Translations under genes and position numbers: made by a program | The notes under the pieces: model-generated | What the model saw: the letters and a program-made list of their open reading frames with translations, nothing else | Told to the model about the DNA's origin: nothing | The model's database searches: none | Source: Candidatus Dormiibacterota bacterium | Lineage (GTDB): Bacteria; Chloroflexota; Dormibacteria; Aeolococcales; Aeolococcaceae | Length of the DNA stretch: 64,000 nt | Reading direction: 5' to 3' | NCBI GenBank assembly: GCA_036732145.1 | Contig: DAINCY010000004.1 | Span: 8,870-72,869, forward strand | Part shown: positions 45,361 to 53,800 of the stretch, piece after piece | Numbering within the stretch: the first letter of the stretch is position 1 | How the letters are laid out: the number at the start of each line of letters is the position of its first letter

Positions 45361-46581
45361 GTGCGCACTGTGCTGATGATCTCGCCCGGTTATCCGGCGG
45401 AGATGCCGTTCTTCGTCCGCGGGCTCGCCGCCACCGGCGCGCGGGTCGTCGGGGTCGGTGACCAGCCCGCTGACTCGCTCCCCCAGATGGCTCGCCATCA
45501 CCTCGCCGCGCACTGGCACGTGCCCTCGTTCGCCGACGAGGAGGGCGTCATCGATGCCGTCCGACGACACGCGACGCACACGCGCATCGACCAGGTGGAG
45601 TCGCTGTGGGAGCCCACCATGGTGCTGGCGGCGCGCTTGCGCGAGATGCTCGGCGTGCCCGGGATGACGGTGGCGCAGACCATCCCCTTCCGCGACAAGG
45701 AGGAGATGAAACGGGTGCTCGACGCAGCCGCGATTCGCACGCCGCGACACCACGCGGCAACCACTGCCGATGGGGTCCGCGAGGCCGCCCAGGCGATCGG
45801 TTTCCCGATCATCGTCAAGCCCATCGCCGGCGCGGGGTCGGCGCACACCCATCGGGCCGACAATGCGCGAGAACTGGAAGCGGTCCTGCCTCAGCTGGTG
45901 AACGTTCCCCACGTGAGTGTCGAGGAGTTCATCGACGGCGAGGAGTTCACCTTCGACACCATCTGTGCAGGCGGACAGGTGCTCTACGAGAACATCTCCT
46001 GGTACCGGCCGCGACCGCTGATCGCGCGCTCGCTCGAATGGATCAGTCCGATCACGCTGGCGCTGCGCGATCCCACGGTGGATCACCTGGCGGGCGGGAG
46101 GGCGATGGGTCACGCGGTGGTGAGGGCCCTCGGCTTCCGTGACGGCTTCACCCACATGGAGTGGTACCGCATGTCTGACGGTGAGGTCGTGTTCGGCGAG
46201 ATCGGCGCGCGTCCGCCGGGAGCGCGAACCGTCGACGTCATGAACTACACGTGCGACAGCGACCTGTACGCGCGCTGGGCGGAGGCGGTGGTGCTCGGAC
46301 GTTTCACCGAAGGCGTGACGCGCAGCTACAACAGCGCATCGGTGTGCAAGCGCGCCCAGGGACAGGGACGGATCACCGCCATCGAGGGCCTGGGGCGCCT
46401 TCTCGGCGAGCTCGGCGAGTGGGTGACCGCGGTCGATCTCGTGCCCGTCGGCTCGCCCAGGCGCGACTGGCACCAGACCCTACTCTCCGACGGCTGGGTG
46501 ATCGTCCGCCACCCCGAGCTGGCGTCGTGTATCGACATCGCCGACCGCTTCGCGGGCGAACTCCAGATCTACGCCGGCTGA
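45361..46581 (+). CDS. ATP-grasp ligase, paralogue 3
   Basis: 406 aa with FRDKEEMKRVL, GFPIIVKPIAGAGSAH, SVEEFIDGEEFTFD, HMEWYRMSDGEVVFGEIGARPPG. A 4-nt gap separates it from paralogue 2. Confidence 0.85.
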   Translation: MRTVLMISPGYPAEMPFFVRGLAATGARVVGVGDQPADSLPQMARHHLAAHWHVPSFADEEGVIDAVRRHATHTRIDQVESLWEPTMVLAARLREMLGVPGMTVAQTIPFRDKEEMKRVLDAAAIRTPRHHAATTADGVREAAQAIGFPIIVKPIAGAGSAHTHRADNARELEAVLPQLVNVPHVSVEEFIDGEEFTFDTICAGGQVLYENISWYRPRPLIARSLEWISPITLALRDPTVDHLAGGRAMGHAVVRALGFRDGFTHMEWYRMSDGEVVFGEIGARPPGARTVDVMNYTCDSDLYARWAEAVVLGRFTEGVTRSYNSASVCKRAQGQGRITAIEGLGRLLGELGEWVTAVDLVPVGSPRRDWHQTLLSDGWVIVRHPELASCIDIADRFAGELQIYAG

Positions 46582-47753
46582 GCGTTCCTCGAATGCGTCG
46601 CGCCGGCGGCACCGCGGGGCAGCGGCCCGTCGAGGCGCAGCTCGGCGACCAGACTGTCCACCACGTCGACGAGTGTGCCGCCGTCCGCAACCACCTCGCG
46701 CTGTCTGATGTAGCTCGGACCCCGCTCCAGGATCGCCAGCGTGTCCTGCACCTCAGCGGCACATCCCAGGCGCCGTGCGATCGGGGTCAACTCCTCGACG
46801 AGCTCTCTGAGCGCGTCGCGCAGTGGAACGGTCGTGCCCTCGTCATCAACGATGATCGAGGCGTCGATGCCGTGTCGCGCGGCGCGCCATTTGTTCTCAC
46901 GCACAACCCAGGCCTTGGGAACGGGCAGCGTGTAGCCTCGATCGATGAGCGAGTCGAACCGCTGGACCAGGCACTGGCTCAGAGCTGCCACCACCGCGAC
47001 CTCCCGCAGCGTGGGGATGCCGTCACAGATGCGCAGCTCGACGGTGCCGAAGCCAGGGTGTGGCCGGATGTCCCACCACACCTCGCGGATGGTGGCGATG
47101 GTGCGCGCCGTGATGAGCGTGTCCATGAAGCGTTCGAACTGGGCCCAGCCACTCAGTTGCCATGGCGGACCCGCGGTCGGCAACCCCTCGAATACTTTGG
47201 ACCGCATCGATGCCAGCCCCGTGTCCTGGGCCATCCAGTACGGGCTCGACGCGCTCAGGGCCAGGAAGTGCGGGATGTACGCGGAGAGCGCGTTGACCAT
47301 GGCGATCGCCTTCTCACCACTGCGTACGCCGACGTGGACGTGGATGCCGAAGATCTGCATCTGCCGCGCCGGCCACTGCGTCTCCTCGACCAGTCGCCGG
47401 TAGCGCTCGTTGGGGGTGATCTCCTGGTGCACCGGGTCGCTGAAGGGATGGGTGCCCGCGCACATGAGGAGAAGGCCGCGGCGTTCGGTGTACTGGGTCA
47501 CCTCATCGAGCGTTGCGGTGAGGTCGGCACGGGCCTCGGCGACGCTGTGACAGATGCCGGTGATGATCTCGATGGTCGATTGCAGGAGCTCCGCCTTGGC
47601 CTTGGGATGAATGCCGTCGCTGTGCCCCTCACCCATCTCGATGAGCAACTCGTGAGCACCCTTGACGAGCTCGCGCGAGTTCGGGTCGATGATGGCCAGC
47701 TCCATCTCGATCCCAAGGCTGGTGCCGACGCTGGAGGCGAAATGGATGGGCAC
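46569..47753 (-). CDS. glutamate-cysteine ligase family 2 (GCS2 / YbdK-type carboxylate-amine ligase)
   Basis: LGIEMELAIID, ELLQSTIEIITG, GTHPF, MQIFGIHVHVG, FLALSASSPYW, WWDIRPHPGFGTVELRICD, the canonical YbdK family pattern. Confidence 0.88.
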   Translation of the reverse strand: MPIHFASSVGTSLGIEMELAIIDPNSRELVKGAHELLIEMGEGHSDGIHPKAKAELLQSTIEIITGICHSVAEARADLTATLDEVTQYTERRGLLLMCAGTHPFSDPVHQEITPNERYRRLVEETQWPARQMQIFGIHVHVGVRSGEKAIAMVNALSAYIPHFLALSASSPYWMAQDTGLASMRSKVFEGLPTAGPPWQLSGWAQFERFMDTLITARTIATIREVWWDIRPHPGFGTVELRICDGIPTLREVAVVAALSQCLVQRFDSLIDRGYTLPVPKAWVVRENKWRAARHGIDASIIVDDEGTTVPLRDALRELVEELTPIARRLGCAAEVQDTLAILERGPSYIRQREVVADGGTLVDVVDSLVAELRLDGPLPRGAAGATHSRNAQPA

Positions 47754-47755
47754 GG

Positions 47756-49003
47756 CTACGCCGACGCCGCCGCGTGCTGGTCGTGCGTCCAGAGCCCGAG
47801 CAGACCACGGAAGTGGGCGAGGAACATCTCACGCTCATGCTCAGGGTAGGTCGAGATGACGGTGTTGACGAGCAGGCGATCAAACGCGTCGCTCTCCACC
47901 CATTCCACGCAGACCTCGTCGATATGCGCCAGGTGGCGCGCGCAGAACTCCTGGTAGCGGTCGACGTCGAGCTGGAGATCGGCAAGCCGTCGGTACTCGG
48001 CCAGCTTCTCCGCGTACGAGAGGCCTGGGCGGTCGGCAACCTCGAAGTAGCTCCCTGTGTTGAGATCGACCGTCGGCCTGCGCCCGGTGACGCAGCAGAA
48101 GATGACCCATTTCAGGAGCGTTCGGATCGCCCAGGGAAAGTAGTAATGCAGGCTGGTGACAGCCAGATCGGGGGTGGCGTTGGCATAGTCGATGGGATAC
48201 ACGACCCCGTCCTTGACCAGACTTTCGCAGCTGTTCAGCTCCCAGCGAAAGAAGGCATTGACGAGTCGTGCGATGGTGATCACCTCGTCGCCGGCCTCGG
48301 CGCTCAGGAAGTTGTGGGACACCGAGTAGCGCACGTGCATAGGCCTCGAGGGATTGAAACGCATCACCAGGGTCTCGGCGCCGATGCCGAGACTCCGCGA
48401 GAAGACGTCGAAGTCCTCCACCGCCGCCTGGAGATGCATCAGTCGTTCGGCGGACTCGTCATACGCACGACGCAGAGAGGCGCTGTCCTCGATCCGCGTC
48501 ACCCCCACCCACGCACCGCCATCGAACGGCTTCATGTACAGGGGCATGCCGACCTGGCTGGCGACCGCCTCGAGGTCGAAGTGGCGGACGTAGCGCTCCG
48601 CTGTGGTCGGGAAACGGGGATTGTCGGGGGGTACCTTGTTGGGCACCATCCAGGTCTCCGGCACTCTCAGCCCCAATCGCATCATGGCGCAGTACGCCGC
48701 GTGCTTCTCCATCGACTGGAACGTAAAAGGGTTGTTCAGCAGGTGCACGTCGTCCATCAGCGCCACCTTCTTCAACCACTCGCGTGGGAGGTGATACCAC
48801 CAGGCCAGACGGTCGATGATCAGCGAGTAGCGCGGGACGGCCCGCAGATTGAACGGCTCGATGGTGACCCGCTCGGTGGTGAACCGATGGGTCGTGCCGC
48901 CAACGGTGATGGACGGCGCCACTCGTTCCAGCAGTGACTCGAACGCGACCGGCCAGTCCTCCTCGGCGCCGAGGAGCAATCCGATCACATGGGTCGCGGG
49001 CAT
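47756..49003 (-). CDS. divergent RimK-like ATP-grasp-fold ligase
   Basis: ATG 49003 (MPATHVIGLLLG...). MPLYMKPFDGGAWVGVTRI resembles the RimK PVVxKxxxGxxGxGV ATP-binding strand. RLMHLQAAVEDFDVFSRSLGIG resembles the Q-E-x-I hinge, and VYPIDYANATPD the E/D-x-N Mg site. A 2-nt gap separates it from the GCS2 gene. Confidence 0.6.
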   Translation of the reverse strand: MPATHVIGLLLGAEEDWPVAFESLLERVAPSITVGGTTHRFTTERVTIEPFNLRAVPRYSLIIDRLAWWYHLPREWLKKVALMDDVHLLNNPFTFQSMEKHAAYCAMMRLGLRVPETWMVPNKVPPDNPRFPTTAERYVRHFDLEAVASQVGMPLYMKPFDGGAWVGVTRIEDSASLRRAYDESAERLMHLQAAVEDFDVFSRSLGIGAETLVMRFNPSRPMHVRYSVSHNFLSAEAGDEVITIARLVNAFFRWELNSCESLVKDGVVYPIDYANATPDLAVTSLHYYFPWAIRTLLKWVIFCCVTGRRPTVDLNTGSYFEVADRPGLSYAEKLAEYRRLADLQLDVDRYQEFCARHLAHIDEVCVEWVESDAFDRLLVNTVISTYPEHEREMFLAHFRGLLGLWTHDQHAAASA

Positions 49004-49143
49004 GGAACAGCGAATACTGTCACGCCACGTCGCGGGTGTGCGGATACTGTGGCGCCGGAGGTCCACTGGCGCCCCATCAGCCGTCGAGCCGGCCGGGTGA
49101 GCGGCGACCACTTGCCACGGATTTCGCCGACAATGCCGCGGCC

Positions 49144-49905
49144 ATGACAAGCGCAGCACCGAGGACCGACTGGCACGGCTGGCTGGACCGTTGGGAGGCG
49201 CAGCAGGGCAGCCACATGCCCGACCGCGAAGAGCGCTTCACGGCGATGATCGACGCTGTGGAGGCGCTGTGTGGCCCTGCTCCCCATGTGGTCGATCTGG
49301 GCTGCGGGCCGGGTTCCTTGGCGCGCCGCATCCTGGATCGCCTGCCCGAGGCACGGGTCACCGCCATCGACATGGACCCGGTGCTCCTGGCCATCGGCCG
49401 CAACACGCTTGGTGACATGGGAGGACGGCTGCACTGGCTCGACGCCGACCTGCGCTCGCGGTGGAGCGCGCAGGCTCAGGGTCCGGTCCAGGCAGCCGTG
49501 TCCGCCACCGCCCTGCACTGGCTGCAGCTCAGCGCTCTGACCGCTCTGTACAGACACCTCGGCACCGTGCTCAGGCCCGGCGGAGTGTTCGTCAACGGCG
49601 ACGGCATGGCCTATCCGGCGACTGAAACGCGCCTGGCCGCCGCGGCCCGAGCCATCCGCGAACGGCGCGCGACGGCCGCGGCAGGCTCAGCGGAATCGTG
49701 GGAGCAGTGGTGGGAGGCGGTCGAGCAGGAGGCCGGCCTCGCCGCCGAGGTGGCCGAGCGAAGAAACCGCCACCACGACCACCCCGACCACGATCACCCG
49801 GCAGACCTCGCCGTGCACGTCGAGTCGCTGCGCCAGGCCGGCTTCGCCGAGGTCGACACCCTCTGGCAGCACCTCGCTGATCGGGTCCTCGTCGCCATTC
49901 GGTGA
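49144..49905 (+). CDS. class I SAM-dependent methyltransferase
   Basis: ATG 49144. Motif I VVDLGCGPGSL, post-I VTAIDMDP, motif II WLDADL, and GGVFVNGD. His/Asp-rich C-terminal stretch HHDHPDHDHP. Confidence 0.8.
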   Translation: MTSAAPRTDWHGWLDRWEAQQGSHMPDREERFTAMIDAVEALCGPAPHVVDLGCGPGSLARRILDRLPEARVTAIDMDPVLLAIGRNTLGDMGGRLHWLDADLRSRWSAQAQGPVQAAVSATALHWLQLSALTALYRHLGTVLRPGGVFVNGDGMAYPATETRLAAAARAIRERRATAAAGSAESWEQWWEAVEQEAGLAAEVAERRNRHHDHPDHDHPADLAVHVESLRQAGFAEVDTLWQHLADRVLVAIR

Positions 49906-49950
49906 GACTGCCGCGACGGTGGTCGGAGGAGGCGGTGCGATGATGGCCTC

Positions 49951-50928
49951 ATGGCAGACCAGACCCCACCTTCGGGAGCGACCGGCGAGTATGGGTGGAC
50001 ACCACCTCCCGCTGCATCCCCTCCGCAGCCACCGGCGATGATCCCCAGCGGCGACGGCTACAGCTGGCGCCCGGAGGGCAGCCCGCCGCCGGCGATCTCG
50101 CCGGCCTCGATCCACCAGGCCCCCTCCCACAGCCAGCAACGCCGTGGCGGCCTGGCGGGTGGAATCCTCGCCGCTGTTGCTTGGCTCTTCAAGTCCGGTT
50201 TCGTGCTCCTCAAGTTCGGCAAGCTGAGTGGCACCTTCATCAGCTTCGGGCTGTCGCTGCTCATCTACATCGGCCTCTTCGGCTGGCAGTTCGGATTGGG
50301 CGCGCTGTTGCTGATCGCCATCCACGAGAGCGGTCACATGCTCTTCGCGCGTGCTCAGCGGCTGCCGGTGTCGGCCCCGTTCTTCCTCTTCGGGTTTGGC
50401 GCGGTCGTGACCACACGCGGCTTCCGCGACGCGCGGCAGGAGGCGATCGTGGCCATCGGGGGACCCGTCGTCGGCACGGCGGCGGCGCTGCTCTGCTATC
50501 TCTTCGCCCTCTCGCTCCCCGAAGGGCACACGCGTTACCTCTTCCTGGCGCTGGCCTACTGGGGGTGTCTCATCAACCTGTTCAACCTCATCCCCATGTC
50601 GCCGATGGACGGCGGACGCGTCGCCAGCGCGGTCTCGAGATGGGCCAACGTGGCTGGCATCGGCGTCATCCTGCTGCTCATCGCCGGCTACTCGGTGAGC
50701 GGTGCGCCGCTGAACCCGTTCCTGGTGATCATCCTGCTCTTCGGGATCTTCAGCACCGTCGGACGGTTCCGCCGCGGTCGCGCCGGCCTCGATCCCCCTC
50801 CCCTTCCGTCACATGTCCGCCTGGCCATCGGGCTCGCCTACGTCGCCATGCTGGTGATCAGCGCGGTCGGGATGTCTGCAGCGCACAGCACCCTGCTCTC
50901 TCACGGCATCGGTCAGCAGATCGTCTGA
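49951..50928 (+). CDS. M50-like (site-2 protease family) zinc metalloprotease with Pro-rich N-terminus
   Basis: HExxH in a TM helix (LLLIAIHESGHMLFA), a second motif LFNLIPMSPMDGG (NxxPxxxxDG), and multiple TM helices. Confidence 0.78.
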   Translation: MADQTPPSGATGEYGWTPPPAASPPQPPAMIPSGDGYSWRPEGSPPPAISPASIHQAPSHSQQRRGGLAGGILAAVAWLFKSGFVLLKFGKLSGTFISFGLSLLIYIGLFGWQFGLGALLLIAIHESGHMLFARAQRLPVSAPFFLFGFGAVVTTRGFRDARQEAIVAIGGPVVGTAAALLCYLFALSLPEGHTRYLFLALAYWGCLINLFNLIPMSPMDGGRVASAVSRWANVAGIGVILLLIAGYSVSGAPLNPFLVIILLFGIFSTVGRFRRGRAGLDPPPLPSHVRLAIGLAYVAMLVISAVGMSAAHSTLLSHGIGQQIV

Positions 50929-50938
50929 GCGCCCAGTC

Positions 50939-51754
50939 TCAGGTGGGAGACGGGGCCGGCGACGCCGGCTTCTGGCACTGCGGGAACGGGAAGGTCATCG
51001 AGTTGTAGAACGCACTGAACACGTCGACGTCGGCGGCGACGCTGTAGTTGAAGTCGAGCGCCAGTGCGTGCGTGGCGTCCAATCGCAGGCGGATCTGTCC
51101 GAGGAGCGCCAGCGGCCCGGCGGTGCCCGGGGCCGGTGTGGCCGGGGGCGCACCGCTGTGGGTGTATTCGTTGAGGTCGCCCGTCACCCCGCAGACCACC
51201 ACGGTCTCCTGACCGGAGCCGGTGAAACCGGCCCCGCCGCCGGCTCCGAAGTCGGCGGTGTGGGCGCCGTTGCGCACCACGATCGTCTGGGGCCCGTCAC
51301 TCGGATGGAAGAGCACTGATGGAGGGCTCTCCGCAAACGTCCAGGTCTGCGGGTAGAGCGCGCTGAATTGGCGGTCCTGCGACTGGTACTGCTGGAACTG
51401 CCCGGCAGCAGTCAGGGATGCGTCTCCGTTGATCCAACCGTTGACGGTCTGTCCCTGGACCTTGTACCAGCCCCCGTTCTGGTCGGTGTGTCCCACAACC
51501 GACAGCACCGCTCCCTGAGCGGCCGTGCCCAATATCGCGCCGGTGATGGCGGAATCGCCGCGGATGTTGAGACCCAGCGGGCTCAGCACCGTGCGCACGC
51601 CCGACGCCGCCGCGGCCGACGGAGTGCCGCTCCCGCTGGCCGTGCCGGTGCTCTGGACAGATGGGTTGGTCGCCACCCCGGTCGGTGCGCTGCCCTCGCC
51701 GCAACCCGCGAGCACGAAGGCGGCGAGAACGGCGCATGTCCATCGTGTCCGCAT
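50939..51754 (-). CDS. SH3b-domain lipoprotein
   Basis: ATG 51754 (MRTRWTCAVLAAFVLAGCGEG, signal peptide plus lipobox LAGC). SH3b-like segment LNIRGDSAITGAILGTAAQGAVLSVVGHTDQNGGWYKVQ..GWINGD. Confidence 0.75.
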   Translation of the reverse strand: MRTRWTCAVLAAFVLAGCGEGSAPTGVATNPSVQSTGTASGSGTPSAAAASGVRTVLSPLGLNIRGDSAITGAILGTAAQGAVLSVVGHTDQNGGWYKVQGQTVNGWINGDASLTAAGQFQQYQSQDRQFSALYPQTWTFAESPPSVLFHPSDGPQTIVVRNGAHTADFGAGGGAGFTGSGQETVVVCGVTGDLNEYTHSGAPPATPAPGTAGPLALLGQIRLRLDATHALALDFNYSVAADVDVFSAFYNSMTFPFPQCQKPASPAPSPT

Positions 51755-51780
51755 GGCGATGCCACCGTAGCGCACCCCGG

Positions 51781-52719
51781 TCACGCCGCGACGAGGACCT
51801 TGAGCACCGCCTCGATCGACGTCGTCAGGGCGCCGAGGTCATAGCCCCCCTCGAGCACCCAGACCGTCCGTCCCGCGCCGGGCAGAGTGGCGAGCGACAG
51901 GAGTCGGTCCGCGATCGCGGCATAGGTGCCGGTGTCGAGCTCCAGCTCGGCGAGGGGGTCGTCGCGATGGGCGTCGAATCCGCAGCTCACCACCACCAAC
52001 TCGGGCTCGAAGGCGCGCAGCGCGGGTTCGACGGCGTGGTCGAATCCCTGCAGCCAGGTGGCCGCCGAGCTCCCCGCCGCAAGCGGCACGTTGACGGTGA
52101 GCCCGGCGGCCTCGGGGCCCCCGCGGTCACTCAGCGCGCCGGTTCCCGGATAGAACGGATACTGGTGCAGCGAGGTGTACAGCACGGCGGGATCGTTCCA
52201 GAACGTCGCCTCGCTGCCATTGCCGTGGTGGACATCGATGTCGACGATGGCGACCCGTGCCATGTCCAGCGCTGCGCGCGCGTGCTGCACGGCGACGGCG
52301 ACGTTGTTGTACAGACAGAAGCCCATCGCCCTGCCGGCGGTGGCGTGATGTCCGGGCGGCCGAACGATTGCAAAGGCCGCGTCGTGCCCGTCGCTGACCA
52401 CGGCGTCCACGGCACGCACGGCAGCCCCCGCGGCAATCCGCGCAGCCATGTCGGAGTAGGCCGTTGCGTACGTGTCTGGATCGAGGTGGCCTCCACCGGA
52501 CGCGCACAGGGCTGCGACGCGGTCCAGGTGTTGCCGATCGTGGACCCGGAGGAGGGCATCGTCATCGACTGCGTCGGCAGGGAGTCGCGGGAGGTCGCGC
52601 AGCCCTGGGGTCGACGAGAGGTGGGCGCGAATCGCCTCCACCCGATCAGGGCGCTCCGGGTGTCCTGGTAAGAAGTGCGCTCGATGCCTGCCGTCCTCGA
52701 CGACGGCGACCCGGCCCAT
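51781..52719 (-). CDS. histone deacetylase-family amidohydrolase (AcuC/HDAC-like)
   Basis: HPERPDR, IVRPPGHHA, DIDVHHGNG, YPFYPGTG, the canonical class I/II HDAC-fold motifs. Confidence 0.88.
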   Translation of the reverse strand: MGRVAVVEDGRHRAHFLPGHPERPDRVEAIRAHLSSTPGLRDLPRLPADAVDDDALLRVHDRQHLDRVAALCASGGGHLDPDTYATAYSDMAARIAAGAAVRAVDAVVSDGHDAAFAIVRPPGHHATAGRAMGFCLYNNVAVAVQHARAALDMARVAIVDIDVHHGNGSEATFWNDPAVLYTSLHQYPFYPGTGALSDRGGPEAAGLTVNVPLAAGSSAATWLQGFDHAVEPALRAFEPELVVVSCGFDAHRDDPLAELELDTGTYAAIADRLLSLATLPGAGRTVWVLEGGYDLGALTTSIEAVLKVLVAA

Positions 52720-52722
52720 CGG

Positions 52723-53523
52723 TCAGCCGCCGGAGCGCGCTGCTGTGATGCGGTCGCGAAGTTGGCGGGCCGCGGCCGCAGGACCCTGCGGCGCGGCCGC
52801 GATCCCGCGGCTCACGGACACGATCACGCCACCCCGGTCGGCGTCCAGCGCGACCTGCACCGCCGCTTCCAAGGCGCCGCCCTGGGCACCGACTCCAGGG
52901 AGCAGGAGCGGGGCGTCCGGCGCCAGCCGGCGCACCTCGGCGACGGCCGCAGGGGCGGTGGCACCGACGACGAACCCGAGCGCACCGCCGCCGGCGTCCC
53001 AGCCTCGGGCGTGTTCGACGATGCGCTGGTACAGGGCGACCTCCCCTGCCGCGGCGGGTCGCTCGAGGAAGTCACTGGCACCCGGGTTGCTGGTGCGGGC
53101 GAGGACGAAGACACCGCGGCCCGGACGCGCCAGCATGGGAGCGATGCTGTCGCCGCCCAGCAGCGCGTTGACTGTCACGGCGTCGGCCCCGAGCACGTCG
53201 AAGAGCGCTCGAGCGTACGCGGTCATGGTGCTGGCGATGTCGCCGCGCTTGCCGTCGAGGATGAGCAGGCGATCAGCCGGAACTGCTGAGCGCAGCCGCT
53301 CCAGGACCGCGTACCCGGCGCTGCCGAACTGCTCGAAGAACGCGAGGTTCGCCTTGACGGCGCACACCTTGTCGAGGGTGGCTTCGAGGAGGTGGTGGCA
53401 CTGACGTTCCGCCGCCGCGGCGTCGGCCATGCCGTCGGGATCCAGCCCAAGACAGAGCAGTGAACCGGTCTCGGCGATGACCGAAGCGAGACGGGTCGCG
53501 AACGTCTCGGTGCTCGCTACCAA
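52723..53523 (-). CDS. pyrF: orotidine 5'-phosphate decarboxylase (type 2)
   Basis: LCLGLDPD, VKANLAFFE, ILDGKRGDIASTM. Confidence 0.88.
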   Translation of the reverse strand: MVASTETFATRLASVIAETGSLLCLGLDPDGMADAAAAERQCHHLLEATLDKVCAVKANLAFFEQFGSAGYAVLERLRSAVPADRLLILDGKRGDIASTMTAYARALFDVLGADAVTVNALLGGDSIAPMLARPGRGVFVLARTSNPGASDFLERPAAAGEVALYQRIVEHARGWDAGGGALGFVVGATAPAAVAEVRRLAPDAPLLLPGVGAQGGALEAAVQVALDADRGGVIVSVSRGIAAAPQGPAAAARQLRDRITAARSGG

Positions 53524-53714
53524 GCGTCGCGACTCGTGCTCGGCTGGATCGCGCCCTGGTCAGTGCGCGGTGAGTAGGGGATGTCGATCCGCTGCTGCTC
53601 GCTGGCGCTGCAAATTGGGCAGATGCGCGCCATGCGCCCGTCGAGGATCACCGCGGAGAGCCGGTAGATCGGCGTGGGTCTCCCGCAGTTGTCGCAGGGA
53701 TTGATGACCGGCAC
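53517..53714 (-). CDS. possible 65-aa zinc-ribbon protein upstream of pyrF
   Basis: GTG 53714. VPVINPCDNCGRPTPIYRLSAVILDGRMARICPICSASE has CxxC-x21-CxxC. Its stop overlaps the pyrF TTG start by 7 nt. No family recognised. Confidence 0.3.
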   Translation of the reverse strand: MPVINPCDNCGRPTPIYRLSAVILDGRMARICPICSASEQQRIDIPYSPRTDQGAIQPSTSRDAW

Positions 53715-53800
53715 GCTGCACCTCGCTGACACGGATTGAGCGCTTGACAGTATGGCAGGCGCTGTGACCAGGCTCCCTCCAGCGAGACGCCGCGCCGCAG

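Noticed and set aside
42852-49003. Graspetide/microviridin-type RiPP cluster hypothesis for the ATP-grasp genes.
   Set aside because: I found no small precursor-like ORF with a Thr/Ser plus Asp/Glu-rich core next to any ATP-grasp gene, and the spacers are only 2-140 nt. The ~405-aa paralogues carry a pre-ATP-grasp N-domain more like substrate-ligating L-amino-acid ligases. The hypothesis is not excluded, but the sequence seen does not support it.
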